From a virus (Duplodnaviria > Caudoviricetes), in the IMG/VR virus record IMGVR_UViG_3300037762_000224, positions 1 through 44,026 of that record: DNA of 44,026 bases; one strand, given 5' to 3'. Made by a program: the position numbers and the translations under genes. The notes under the pieces are model-generated. The model was not told the origin of the DNA and did no database searches. It saw nothing but the letters and a program-made list of their open reading frames with translations. Below, piece after piece: positions 1 to 8,366 of this stretch (position 1 is its first letter; the number at the start of each line of letters is the position of its first letter).

Positions 1-62
1 GTCCGCAGGGGGCGCCACGTTAAAAAAACGGGAACGCGAATCCGGGTTTCGAATTTCGGAAG

Positions 63-320
63 TCACCATCGTCTCGATTGTCGCCGCGGCTTTCGCCGAT
101 GTGTTTTTCGGTTGTGGTGGAGACGGCACAGCGTTCGAAGGTTAGTGGGCTCGAAGGCGAGGTCAGGTTCCCTGGTCCACTCGATGATGTGGTCAATGTC
201 GAGGGTGCGACTGTGCTTGGGGCCTGGGGCCTGGCACTGGTAGCCGTCTCTGGCGAGTACTGCTAGTCGGATGCGGGTCCAGCGTGGGTCGCAGTAGGGC
301 CACCGTCCGTTGGCCGGCAT
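63..320 (-). CDS. HNH endonuclease, terminase-associated type
   Basis: W..IR..VLARDGYQCQ...DIDHII...NLRTLCRLHHNRKT. Adjacent to terS across the genome ends, as for HK97 gp74-like packaging HNH proteins. Confidence 0.9.
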   Translation of the reverse strand: MPANGRWPYCDPRWTRIRLAVLARDGYQCQAPGPKHSRTLDIDHIIEWTREPDLAFEPTNLRTLCRLHHNRKTHRRKPRRQSRRW

Positions 321-448
321 GGTGGTGATGGTAGCGGGGCCCCCGCTGTGTGGCCGTGTGTGGTGTGGCGGGTGGTGTGGTACCGGAGTGTGGGGTGGAG
401 GCCGTTAGGAGGCGATATAGGGGGGGATGGGGGGAGAGTAGGGGCGCG

Positions 449-480
449 GGAGACCCCCCGGCGTTGGCCCGGGGGTCTCC
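449..480. terminator. GC-rich hairpin, possible terminator after the lipoprotein gene
   Basis: ggagaccccc(c)gg / ccgggggtctcc inverted repeat; no clear U-tract. Confidence 0.4.
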
Positions 481-507
481 GGGGGGGGACTACTGGTGGT
501 AGGGGGG

Positions 508-804
508 TTACCAGTTGAGGGGGTTGTCGGGGCTGGTGTCGATGCAACCGGTGCCCATGGGGTGCTGCTCGAGGCAGTTGTTCCACTGGATGACTTCGAT
601 GATCCAGCCGGCGATCTGTTCGTCGGTGGCGTCGGGTTCCTGGTCCTTGATGATCTCGATGTCGACGGCGATGTCTGACCGGTCGGCTTCGGGTTCGGCC
701 TCGAGGACGGCAGTGGTAACGGGATCGGCACCAGCCGCGTTGTCGCTGCAGGCGGCTGTCATGAGGGTGAGGGCTGTTAGAGCTGCGAGCACGGTTGTGC
801 GCAT
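508..804 (-). CDS. Putative lipoprotein
   Basis: ATG at 804 gives MRTTVLAALTALTLMTAAC (signal peptide plus lipobox TAA-C); acidic mature part with two further Cys. Confidence 0.75.
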   Translation of the reverse strand: MRTTVLAALTALTLMTAACSDNAAGADPVTTAVLEAEPEADRSDIAVDIEIIKDQEPDATDEQIAGWIIEVIQWNNCLEQHPMGTGCIDTSPDNPLNW

Positions 805-899
805 GGGTTGCTCTCTTCCGCTAGGGGTGCTTCCGGACACCACATCCGGGGTTGGTCGCAGTATGCGCCTTGGGGTTGGGGTGTCAAGGGCCGAACGTC
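802..899 (-). promoter_or_regulatory. Promoter/operator cassette, copy 1
   Basis: GACGTTCGGCCCTTGACA...CATACT...CCCGGATGTGGTGTCCGGAA..CCCCTAGCGGAAGAGAG; blocks shared with 15705-15788. Confidence 0.65.
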
Positions 900-902
900 A
901 CT

Positions 903-1193
903 TCAGATGTCGGTGCTCGGGTTGCGGTGTGGCCGCGGCCGCGGCAGGGGGTCCGGCCGAGGCCGTTCCGATTCATCCTCGAGGGGAACGAGCTTGTAGC
1001 GCTCGAGTGTGGTGGCGACTTCGTCGTTGATGGCGTAGAGCTTGCCTTCGCTGTTGCGGAGGAATATCTCGATGGTGGCGATGGGGCCGGCGTCGGTGAG
1101 TTGGATGGTGAGGCCGTTGCGGCGGATGTTGTGGGGGTCGAGGCCGAGGGCGTTGATGATGGCGAGGTTGGCTTCGAACGCGTCCTGATTCAT
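903..1193 (-). CDS. Hypothetical protein
   Basis: ATG at 1193 (MNQDAFEANLAIINALGLDP) preceded by AGGAG. Confidence 0.7.
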   Translation of the reverse strand: MNQDAFEANLAIINALGLDPHNIRRNGLTIQLTDAGPIATIEIFLRNSEGKLYAINDEVATTLERYKLVPLEDESERPRPDPLPRPRPHRNPSTDI

Positions 1194-1230
1194 CGGTGCT
1201 CCTGGCTGGCTGCGTGGGTGGGTTTCACCA

Positions 1231-2703
1231 TTAGAAGAGGTTCTCCGTGTCGAGGGGACCGAGGAGGTCAGGGGTTTCGTTTCCCATTTGGACAACCCCC
1301 TGTCTTAAGACAGGGGGTGGTTTGTCCGAATAGGAAGTGTCCGAATCGCTGACCTGGAGTTGTGTCCGAATGAGGGAAGGGTTGTCCAAGTTAGATTTGG
1401 ACATTCCGTCGGATGTCCGAATCGACTCGATGAGCCGCCACTTCTTGCTGCGGGTCGCCCCGAACGACTCGACCACGGCGTCTGTCTCGAGGTCGCTGAG
1501 GGTCCGGCGGATCTTCTTGCTCTGTGATTCGTTGGGCTGGTCGACCTTGTAGAGGATGCGGGCGATGTGTATGGCGGTGATCCCGTCGTAGCCGGCTTGG
1601 TCGAGGATGGTGATGAGGTCGGGGATGGTGGGGGGCCGTACGTCGCCGGTGGCGGTGACGTGTTCGTAGGGGATCTCGGCCTTGTTGCCGATGGGGGATT
1701 TCAACTGGGTGAGCGTGTAGGTGTCGAAGTCGCCGGGTTGGAGGTAGACGACGCTGCCGTTGCCGGCGGTGACCCAGTAGGCGCCGTAGAGGTCGTCGAG
1801 GACGCGGACGGGGTTGTCGCGGGTTTCGCCGGAAAGTTTGCGTGGGTGGTGGAGGGCGACGATTTGGATGTCGGCGGCGACGCAGTGTTGGAGTGCCGAG
1901 TTGTAGGCGGCTCCGACTTCGTCGGCGGAGAGTTTGATGGCGATGTCTTTGGCGGAGTCGATGACGATGAGGTCGGCGTCGGCGACTTCGGCCATTTCGA
2001 GGAGCATGAGCGGTTGTTTGGCGACGTCTTCGGGTGGGGGGCCTTTCCAGACTCTGAGTCGTGCTTCGAGGGTGTCGAGCTGGTCGTTGGTGACCATGCG
2101 TCGCATGGAGAGTCGTGCTTGGTCGGGCCGGTCGGAGGCGAGGTAGAGGACGTTGCGCTCGCCGTGGTGGACGGGGTGTCCGAGGATGTGGTTGATGGCG
2201 CCGATCCAGCCGAGGGCGAGTCGTTGCCCGAAGACGCTTTTGCCGGAGCCTTGGGGGCCGGCGATGGTGGTGGGCTGGTTGAGTGCGGCGAGGACGGTGT
2301 CGTTGGTGCCCCAGAGTGGTTGGGCGGTGTCGGGCCCGTTGGTGAGCCATGTTTTGCCGTCGATGATGAGGTGTGCCCAGGAGGGGAGGTAGTCGTCGTC
2401 CCGGTCGGCGACGAGTTGTTCGAGTGCTGCGACGGTGGCTGCGTCTTCTTCCAGGCCTGGTATGAGCCAGGTTTGTTCGAGGGTTTCGAACCGGCGTTCG
2501 TCGTGGCCGTTTTTGATGTCGCCGGTTAGGAGCGCCTCGAGGGATTCTTGATCGAGGGTGCCGTCGTCGGCGAGGGCGCGGGCGGCTCGGATGGTGGCGT
2601 AGGCGGCGTCGTTGCCAATTTCGCCTCGGAGGGCGGCGAGGTTCCATGCCCGGTTGTAGTTGTGATCGTCGCCATTGCTGGTGATGTGTCCGTCTATGGC
2701 CAT
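1231..2703 (-). CDS. AAA+/RecA-fold replicative helicase-like protein (RepA/AAA_25 type) with possible C-terminal winged helix
   Basis: Walker A GPQGSGKS, Walker B LIVIDS, LHHPRK motif; likely start MAIDGH at 2703. Confidence 0.8.
   Translation of the reverse strand: MAIDGHITSNGDDHNYNRAWNLAALRGEIGNDAAYATIRAARALADDGTLDQESLEALLTGDIKNGHDERRFETLEQTWLIPGLEEDAATVAALEQLVADRDDDYLPSWAHLIIDGKTWLTNGPDTAQPLWGTNDTVLAALNQPTTIAGPQGSGKSVFGQRLALGWIGAINHILGHPVHHGERNVLYLASDRPDQARLSMRRMVTNDQLDTLEARLRVWKGPPPEDVAKQPLMLLEMAEVADADLIVIDSAKDIAIKLSADEVGAAYNSALQHCVAADIQIVALHHPRKLSGETRDNPVRVLDDLYGAYWVTAGNGSVVYLQPGDFDTYTLTQLKSPIGNKAEIPYEHVTATGDVRPPTIPDLITILDQAGYDGITAIHIARILYKVDQPNESQSKKIRRTLSDLETDAVVESFGATRSKKWRLIESIRTSDGMSKSNLDNPSLIRTQLQVSDSDTSYSDKPPPVLRQGVVQMGNETPDLLGPLDTENLF
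1288..1422. repeat. Putative replication origin: perfect 24-bp palindrome plus iteron-like repeats
   Basis: ACCCCCTGTCTTAAGACAGGGGGT at 1295-1318; TGTCCGAAT at 1323, 1338, 1363 and 1414; TGTCCAA/TTGGACA variants at 1288, 1383 and 1397. Confidence 0.7.
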
Positions 2704-2716
2704 CACCTGCCCCTGT

Positions 2717-3286
2717 TCATCTGGTCTCTCCATGTTCAAATCTGGCGGATCGGGCTGCGACGTATGCGGCGCGTGCGTCTCGGAGCCATTCATTGCATAG
2801 AACTGGTGTGGTCCATTGGTGACTTGCCTGGTCGCCCATGATGTCGGCCCACCACGGACGTAGGTTTTTGGCGTACATGCCAAATACGTAATGGCCTGCG
2901 GCCCAGTCGTCGCCGGGACCATGGGGGGCGTCTAGCTTCGTCCATCCCCAATCGCATCCCGACGGGTCAGGCTGGGGGATAGGTCCAAGGATCATGAGCC
3001 CGCCGCATTGTTCGCCTAGGCCGTTGTGCAGAAATGGCAGGTGTTGTGCTGCTTCCAATAGGAGTGGCCTGTTCAGATCACCGTCATGGCCTTTGACTTC
3101 GATCCATGTGCCGCAGTCGGGCAGCAGGAAATCGGGGAGATATCTCTTGCCGCTTGGCAGCTCGTAGCCCTCTATCTCGTAGTCCCATGTGATGCCGAGG
3201 CTGTCGAAGAACACGGCCCAACGCGCTTCGAGCCGGCTACGGAATCGGCAGCCGGCGTAGCGGGTTTCGATGGCCTGGATGGTCAT
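2717..3286 (-). CDS. PD-(D/E)XK-like nuclease family protein
   Basis: RFRSRLEARWAVFFD...YE.EG...YLPDF...WIEVKG. Confidence 0.8.
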   Translation of the reverse strand: MTIQAIETRYAGCRFRSRLEARWAVFFDSLGITWDYEIEGYELPSGKRYLPDFLLPDCGTWIEVKGHDGDLNRPLLLEAAQHLPFLHNGLGEQCGGLMILGPIPQPDPSGCDWGWTKLDAPHGPGDDWAAGHYVFGMYAKNLRPWWADIMGDQASHQWTTPVLCNEWLRDARAAYVAARSARFEHGETR

Positions 3287-3314
3287 CCCCAACTAGTCCT
3301 TTCTGGGTTGTGGT

Positions 3315-3350
3315 GGTGGTCTGGGACGCCCCAGCGCGCCCCAGACCACC
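3315..3350. promoter_or_regulatory. Intergenic hairpin upstream of a ribosome-binding site
   Basis: ggtggtctggg / cccagaccacc, 11-bp stem. Confidence 0.55.
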
Positions 3351-3363
3351 TACGTGCCTGGGT

Positions 3364-3555
3364 CTACTGGATGTCTTTCATTTCGTAGTGAGGGAAGCGG
3401 GTCTCGCTTTCTGCCCATAACAGGGTGGCCACCATGTCGCCGCTGGCTGTCTTGACGATCGATGTGCCGCTCTGGACGTGGAACCCGCTTTCTCGTGCTG
3501 ACTTGTCGAGTTCGTCGAGTAGTCCAGCGAGCCGGTTGAGGTCGCCTGCGTCCAT
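3364..3555 (-). CDS. Hypothetical protein
   Basis: MDAGDLNRL..., start overlaps the upstream stop (TGATG). Confidence 0.65.
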   Translation of the reverse strand: MDAGDLNRLAGLLDELDKSARESGFHVQSGTSIVKTASGDMVATLLWAESETRFPHYEMKDIQ

Positions 3556-3959
3556 CAGAAGGGTTCTTGGCCGGGGATGAGGTCGGCGGCGGTGAGTTGG
3601 GTGCGGGACGCCAACCACTGGACGGCGACGGTCTCGTCCTGTGTGGTGCCGGTGTTGAGGGTCCAGGGGGGTGACTGGCCGGGCTTGGCGACACCCTGAC
3701 CGAGCCGGCCGAGGACCTTCTGTCCGATCCTCGAGGAGAGTTGGGATTGGAGGACCTTGGGGAACACCAACGTGTCGTCGTAGGTTTCGCCTTGCTTGGG
3801 GCCGTCGATGACGTGGACGTTGGCGCGGACGGCGTTGGTGGTGCCGTAGTTGGTGCCGATGTCGTGGACGACTTCGACGGGTTCGATGATCAACAGGGAG
3901 CCTTTGAGGGTTTCCCATTCGATGCCGCTGGAGGCGGCGGGTGCTGCGAATTGGCTCAT
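3555..3959 (-). CDS. Conserved actinophage protein, possibly ssDNA-binding
   Basis: MSQFAAPA...LKGSLLIIEP...AVRANVHVIDG...LGRLGQG.AKPGQSPPW; ends in EPF; follows the exonuclease. Confidence 0.6.
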   Translation of the reverse strand: MSQFAAPAASSGIEWETLKGSLLIIEPVEVVHDIGTNYGTTNAVRANVHVIDGPKQGETYDDTLVFPKVLQSQLSSRIGQKVLGRLGQGVAKPGQSPPWTLNTGTTQDETVAVQWLASRTQLTAADLIPGQEPF

Positions 3960-5134
3960 GCTTGTGCTCTCGCTTTCGCTTTGGTTGTTGGTTGCATTGT
4001 CGGGTCGGGTGGCCCGAAGGGGAGCTCGTGGGCGTCTTCTACGGTGCCGCACATTGCGATGATGGCGTCGACGTGTTCTTGTGTTTGTGGGCCGCCGTGT
4101 TTGAAGGTGGGGATGTGGGGGTGGCGGGTCCATTGGGCGGCGAGTTGTCCGCCGTATCCGTGGTCGATGAGCCATCCGACGCGTGCCCGGAGCCATTGGA
4201 CCTGTGCTGCGGGTGGGTGGTCGCGGTCCCCCGACACCACCGGCGGAGGGTTGTCGGTGGTGTCGGGGGTACCGCTGCCCGTCACCCGCACGGCAGGTGG
4301 GATGGCGGGGATCTGTTGGGCGAGGTCTTTGCGTTTGCGCCAGGCCCGGACGTCGACGGCCAGCCGGACCGCGTCCCAGCCGGCGGCGATGTCGACCTCG
4401 TAGAGGGTGCAACGGCCCTGGCCGACGGGGAGGTGGATGACGATGGCACTGGTCTTGTCGACGTCGATCATCGGGTGCCATTGGGTGCCGTCCCACCAGT
4501 GGGTGGCGTTGGCGTAGAGAGCGAGCTGCAGTGCGATCTCGGTCATCCCGTACTTGACGACGTCCTTGCCCGTCTTGAGATCGGCGACTCGTGGGAGTGG
4601 GCCGTCCCATGGGTGTTCGACGACCCGGTCGAGGGTGCCGACCACGTCGAGCTCGGGGATGCACACGACCTTTTCGATCCACCCGTAGACCACCTCGATG
4701 TCGGCGGCTCTGAGTGTCGTCTGGTAGGCGTTGACGTCCTTGTCGTGGGGCGGGGGCACCACCAGGGTTTCGCCGCGGTCGATGCGTTCGGTGAACTGGT
4801 GGATCGCGGAGCCGAGGTTGGCACCGGCCTTATCAGCGGCGGCGGCCTGTGCGGCGTCGACGATCTCGGTGAGCGTGTCCTTGTCTTCGAGCTTGGCGGC
4901 GGCGGCGCGGGCGTAGAGGTCCTGTCTCTGGCCGATGCCGTAGACGATGTTGCGTTGCATCCATTTCTCGAGCCCGAACCGGTCCGCCAGGGTCGAGCTG
5001 AGGGTGGTGACACGGGTCCACGCCTGCTCCACGCCGGTTTCGGGGTGGGGGAGGAGGTATCTGCCCCAGCGGTCGCGTCGGATCTGACCGTTCGGGCCAT
5101 TGTCGGGTTGGGTGAGGAGTTCGTTGACGCTCAT
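3956..5134 (-). CDS. PD-(D/E)XK (Cas4/RecE-like) exonuclease
   Basis: WTRVTT...GSAIH...VGTLDR...VADLKTG...QLALYA. Confidence 0.85.
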   Translation of the reverse strand: MSVNELLTQPDNGPNGQIRRDRWGRYLLPHPETGVEQAWTRVTTLSSTLADRFGLEKWMQRNIVYGIGQRQDLYARAAAAKLEDKDTLTEIVDAAQAAAADKAGANLGSAIHQFTERIDRGETLVVPPPHDKDVNAYQTTLRAADIEVVYGWIEKVVCIPELDVVGTLDRVVEHPWDGPLPRVADLKTGKDVVKYGMTEIALQLALYANATHWWDGTQWHPMIDVDKTSAIVIHLPVGQGRCTLYEVDIAAGWDAVRLAVDVRAWRKRKDLAQQIPAIPPAVRVTGSGTPDTTDNPPPVVSGDRDHPPAAQVQWLRARVGWLIDHGYGGQLAAQWTRHPHIPTFKHGGPQTQEHVDAIIAMCGTVEDAHELPFGPPDPTMQPTTKAKARAQA

Positions 5135-5137
5135 GGG

Positions 5138-5257
5138 TTACGGGGATCGATCTATTGAGAGCCGCACGAACGGCAGGGGGTAGATCCTCACGATCGGCTT
5201 GTCGCGGTCCTTGTAAATGCCGATTACGGCGTATCGCCAGGACAGTTCGAGTTTCAT
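5138..5257 (-). CDS. Small hypothetical protein (39 aa, not in ORF track)
   Basis: MKLELSWRYAVIGIYKDRDKPIVRIYPLPFVRLSIDRSP; AAGGA upstream; fills the gap in the operon. Confidence 0.55.
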   Translation of the reverse strand: MKLELSWRYAVIGIYKDRDKPIVRIYPLPFVRLSIDRSP

Positions 5258-5269
5258 GTTGTCGATCCT

Positions 5270-5608
5270 TCAGGGGCTGGTGGCTTCTCGGATGAGTGCG
5301 GCGAGTTGTTCGAGGGTCATGACGGCGAAGTAGTGGCCGCCGGGCCGGCGGATGAGCCCGGCGGCGAAGGGGGTGCCGGCGTTGGCTTGCTGGGCGGGGA
5401 GTTCATGGAGGGTTTCGCGGATGGCACGTTGGATGTCCCGGTAGGCCTTGACTTGGATGGTGGTGTCGGGGATGCCGTCGAGGTCTCCGGTGTCGCCGAG
5501 GCGGCCGGCGCCGAGTTTGCGGCGGACGGGCCAGCCGGTGAGTTCGGCGAGTAGCCGGGCGGCCTCGAGTTCACTGCGGTCACCCTTTGACTTCGACGGG
5601 TGGGCCAT
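5270..5608 (-). CDS. Holliday junction resolvase (Hjc-like)
   Basis: SKSKGDRSELEAARLL...DTGDL...IQVK. Confidence 0.8.
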   Translation of the reverse strand: MAHPSKSKGDRSELEAARLLAELTGWPVRRKLGAGRLGDTGDLDGIPDTTIQVKAYRDIQRAIRETLHELPAQQANAGTPFAAGLIRRPGGHYFAVMTLEQLAALIREATSP

Positions 5609-5829
5609 CACCAGACCTCGGATCTGGCGCCCCCGCCGGCCACCTCGACCCGCAGGTTGTCGACGAGGTTCCAGTCGTCGATGACCCGCCACTTGGAGCC
5701 GCACGACTCCATAACCGCCTTCACGTCGGCGGCGGTCCAATTCTCGGGGGCGTCCTTGTCGGGCCAGATAGAGCCTTCGTCGAGTTCGATTTCCCCGGAG
5801 AACATGATGAGGATGGTGCAATGGTTCAT
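5608..5829 (-). CDS. Hypothetical protein
   Basis: MNHCTILIMF..., translationally coupled on both sides. Confidence 0.6.
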   Translation of the reverse strand: MNHCTILIMFSGEIELDEGSIWPDKDAPENWTAADVKAVMESCGSKWRVIDDWNLVDNLRVEVAGGGARSEVW

Positions 5830-6083
5830 GACGCTTCCTTGAGTCGTTGGGCGTGGCGGCGGGCGATGCGGATGTGGCGCCGTTCGGTGGGGGTGGTCTT
5901 GCCCCAGATGCCCCAGCGTTCGCGGGCGATCGCCCATTCGAGGCATTGGGTTTGGACGGTGCATTCGGCGCAGATGGCTTTGGCGGCGGCGACCCGCAGT
6001 TTGGTGATACGGGGTTCTTCGCGGGGTGGGAAGAACGCGTCGGGGTCGACGCCCTGGCATGCGGCGTGGTCCCACCAGGTCAT
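5826..6083 (-). CDS. whiB: WhiB-family transcriptional regulator
   Basis: W..HAAC...DPDAFFP...AKAICAECTVQTQCLEWA...WGIWG.TT..ERR. Confidence 0.95.
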   Translation of the reverse strand: MTWWDHAACQGVDPDAFFPPREEPRITKLRVAAAKAICAECTVQTQCLEWAIARERWGIWGKTTPTERRHIRIARRHAQRLKEAS

Positions 6084-6349
6084 GCTGCTGCCGCCATTTG
6101 GGTCAGGAGCTGGTCGCTGTAGCCACGCCGGTAGAGGCGGGCGATGAGGCTCGAGTCGGTGGGTGGGACGCGGCAGGGCCGCCGGTGGCGGGCGTCGATT
6201 ACGCCGGTGTAGTAGGCGATTGCCCGTTTGTCGCCCTCGTGGCGGTCTTTGAGTTCAAACCCGTTGGTCCGCCACCACCGCTGATAGTGCATGTCGCACA
6301 GGCCGCGGGCTTTTATGGCCCGGTCGCAGTTTTCGATGGTGCAGGTCAC
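6080..6349 (-). CDS. Zn-finger-like hypothetical protein
   Basis: CTIENC.R..KARGLCDMHYQRW, a motif common at the N-terminus of phage DNA-binding and HNH proteins. Confidence 0.65.
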   Translation of the reverse strand: MTCTIENCDRAIKARGLCDMHYQRWWRTNGFELKDRHEGDKRAIAYYTGVIDARHRRPCRVPPTDSSLIARLYRRGYSDQLLTQMAAAA

Positions 6350-6573
6350 TTGAAGACCATCCGATAGCAGCGGATTGCGCTGATGAGAGCTTCCCGTCGT
6401 CCCATGTCCGGCCAGGTTTCCCGGTTGATGTCGTAGAACGATCTGATCCGGGACCGGGCTGTGTCCGTCTTGCAGTCACCGAAATGGAATCGGTGACGGA
6501 CGCAGCGGGTTTCGTAGACGTTGTGTTCGTTGTCGGTGTAAAGGCCGATGGTTCGCCGGCATTCGATTGTCAT
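6346..6573 (-). CDS. Hypothetical protein
   Basis: MTIECRRT..., ATGA/GTGA coupling. Confidence 0.6.
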   Translation of the reverse strand: MTIECRRTIGLYTDNEHNVYETRCVRHRFHFGDCKTDTARSRIRSFYDINRETWPDMGRREALISAIRCYRMVFK

Positions 6574-6731
6574 GGGGTGGCCTGTTCGAGTTGTCGGGCG
6601 ATGTGCCGTCGCCGGCATGGTGGGCAGAGCCGGCGTTCGCCGATGTGGGCGAACGTGGCGTAGTGGTGTTCCCAGTGCCAGTGGGTGCGGCGCCGCCACC
6701 AATGCCAGCAACGGTCAGGTTCGACACGCAT
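6570..6731 (-). CDS. Small Cys/His/Trp-rich hypothetical protein
   Basis: MRVEPDRCWHWW...LCPPC; coupled start and stop. Confidence 0.55.
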   Translation of the reverse strand: MRVEPDRCWHWWRRRTHWHWEHHYATFAHIGERRLCPPCRRRHIARQLEQATP

Positions 6732-7393
6732 CAGCCGGCCGCCTGGAATACGAGGAGGTAAGAGTGGTGGCGGCGTGCCCGTAGCGGCGTGTAGATGTTG
6801 TGGCCGCCGGGCCCTGGGCCGGTGTGGTGGATGATGAGATCCCAGGGGTCGCCGTTGTCGGTGAGCCCGAGCTTGTCGGCAGCGTCGAGAACTTTGCGGT
6901 GCCCGAGGGTGAAGTGGCGGGCGTTGACGTAGTCGCAGCACTTCACCAGCACCCACGTGCGTGCCACCCGGGCCACCTCGGCGAGCCCGTCCTGGATGAG
7001 CTGGTCGAGCTCTGCCTGGCTTCGGTAGATGGCGAGTCCGAACCGCTCCCGGTACTCGGGTGCAGTTGTTGTGCCCTGCCCACCCGCGGGGATGTATGGC
7101 GGGTCATAGCAGACGACATCGACTGACCCGTCTGACTCGGGGAGGTGACGGAAGTCGACGCCGTCGACGGCGATGTCATGGAACGTGAAGGGGTGTGGCT
7201 GGTAGCGGGTCCACCAGCCGCCGCGGCCGTAGGTGACATCAAGAACAGAGTTGCCCTCGAGGTAGGTGGGTGCGATGGCAGCGATGAGGTCGGCGTTGGT
7301 GCCGCCGATGACGGATCCGACGAGGGGGCCGCGGGGCCGGTCGGGAGCGTGGTCGGGGAATAGGGATTGTTCGACGGGCCGGGCGGTGGTCAT
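6731..7393 (-). CDS. SAM-dependent methyltransferase, probably amino (m6A/m4C) DNA methyltransferase
   Basis: VLDVTYGRGGWW (motif I-like), DFRHLP, DVVCYDPPY (motif IV), EVARV...LVKC.D. Confidence 0.78.
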   Translation of the reverse strand: MTTARPVEQSLFPDHAPDRPRGPLVGSVIGGTNADLIAAIAPTYLEGNSVLDVTYGRGGWWTRYQPHPFTFHDIAVDGVDFRHLPESDGSVDVVCYDPPYIPAGGQGTTTAPEYRERFGLAIYRSQAELDQLIQDGLAEVARVARTWVLVKCCDYVNARHFTLGHRKVLDAADKLGLTDNGDPWDLIIHHTGPGPGGHNIYTPLRARRHHSYLLVFQAAG

Positions 7394-7506
7394 GCCGCGT
7401 CCTGGGGTGGTTCGAGTTCGTCAGGGCAAAGGATGTGGATGGTGCCGGCGGGGGCGAGGGCCCGTGGCCGTGGTCGGCGGTGGAGGAGCCGGCGGAGCCA
7501 CCTCAT
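7390..7506 (-). CDS. Small hypothetical protein (38 aa)
   Basis: MRWLRRLLHRR..., ATGA coupling on both sides. Confidence 0.5.
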   Translation of the reverse strand: MRWLRRLLHRRPRPRALAPAGTIHILCPDELEPPQDAA

Positions 7507-7697
7507 GGCTTGGTTTCCCACTCGTAGCCGCAGCAGCACTTATGAGGACCGGTGTGGAGTGCGTCGAGTACGGAGCAGGTGTGGTGCACGCCAGGCCATG
7601 CATCTTCGGCCCAGCAGCCGGAGGCGGTGGCCTTGTAGGCCATCACTGCCCGCTCCCAACGGCGCTTCGATTTGCGGCTGCGCTTCGACTCAGTCAT
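7503..7697 (-). CDS. Small Cys/His hypothetical protein
   Basis: MTESKRS...HHTC...H.GPHKCCCGYEW. Confidence 0.6.
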   Translation of the reverse strand: MTESKRSRKSKRRWERAVMAYKATASGCWAEDAWPGVHHTCSVLDALHTGPHKCCCGYEWETKP

Positions 7698-7930
7698 GGC
7701 TTGTCGGGGGTGTGGTGGGCGCGGATGACGGCCCAGATGGCGACGGCGACGACGGGGATGGCGGTGAGGGCTGGGAGCCAGGTGATGGGTGTGTCGGGCG
7801 CGGCGACGTTGGCGCGTTCGACATGCCAGAGCACCTGGCCCAGCAGCCACCCGACAGCGACGCCGCCGAGAATGATGAGGAGGGCGTTGACGACGAGATC
7901 GCCGCCACGACGGCGGGAGCGGCGAGTCAC
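7694..7930 (-). CDS. Membrane protein (2 TM)
   Basis: Two hydrophobic stretches; coupled to neighbours. Confidence 0.65.
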   Translation of the reverse strand: MTRRSRRRGGDLVVNALLIILGGVAVGWLLGQVLWHVERANVAAPDTPITWLPALTAIPVVAVAIWAVIRAHHTPDKP

Positions 7931-8166
7931 GGCAGGCCGCTTCCTGTAGCGGCGGCCTCGATCTCGGCTCGCTCTTCGGTGGCCTCAATGCGCGAGCACG
8001 ATCGGCAACGGGCGCTGTGCATCTGGTCGGGGATAACCCATGCCCCGCCTGTCAGCAGCAGTCCACAGGCGCTCCGGGCGTACTGTCCCGCGCTTTCGAC
8101 TGCGAGATGGAGCAGTTCGCCGTGTTCCGTGTACCCACCCCAATAGGACTCGTCGAGGAAACTCAT
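7927..8166 (-). CDS. Zn-finger-like hypothetical protein
   Basis: MSFLDESYW...LH...SACG...RCRSC. Confidence 0.6.
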   Translation of the reverse strand: MSFLDESYWGGYTEHGELLHLAVESAGQYARSACGLLLTGGAWVIPDQMHSARCRSCSRIEATEERAEIEAAATGSGLP

Positions 8167-8366
8167 GGCCGTTGGTGGGGGTCGATGGCGGCTTGGGGCC
8201 AGGGGCGCCACCAACGGGTGGTTTGGTGGATGCGTGCCCGCCGGGCCTGGACGTGCAAGTGGTGGGCGTGGTTTTCGACGATGAGCGCCGCCGTCAACTG
8301 GGCGAGCACATCCGCCTCACGGTCGGTGTCCCGGGCCGTCCTGCCGTAGAACGGATGGGACCTCAT
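8163..8366 (-). CDS. Hypothetical protein
   Basis: ATGA-coupled ORF in the early operon. Confidence 0.55.
   Translation of the reverse strand: MRSHPFYGRTARDTDREADVLAQLTAALIVENHAHHLHVQARRARIHQTTRWWRPWPQAAIDPHQRP

Noticed and set aside
420-510. G-run cluster as a functional G-quadruplex
   Set aside because: G-runs are present, but part of the region is explained by a hairpin and nothing else supports a function.
3956-5134. CRISPR-Cas system suggested by the Cas4-like nuclease
   Set aside because: No repeat-spacer array or other cas genes were seen; the gene lies in the recombination/replication module.
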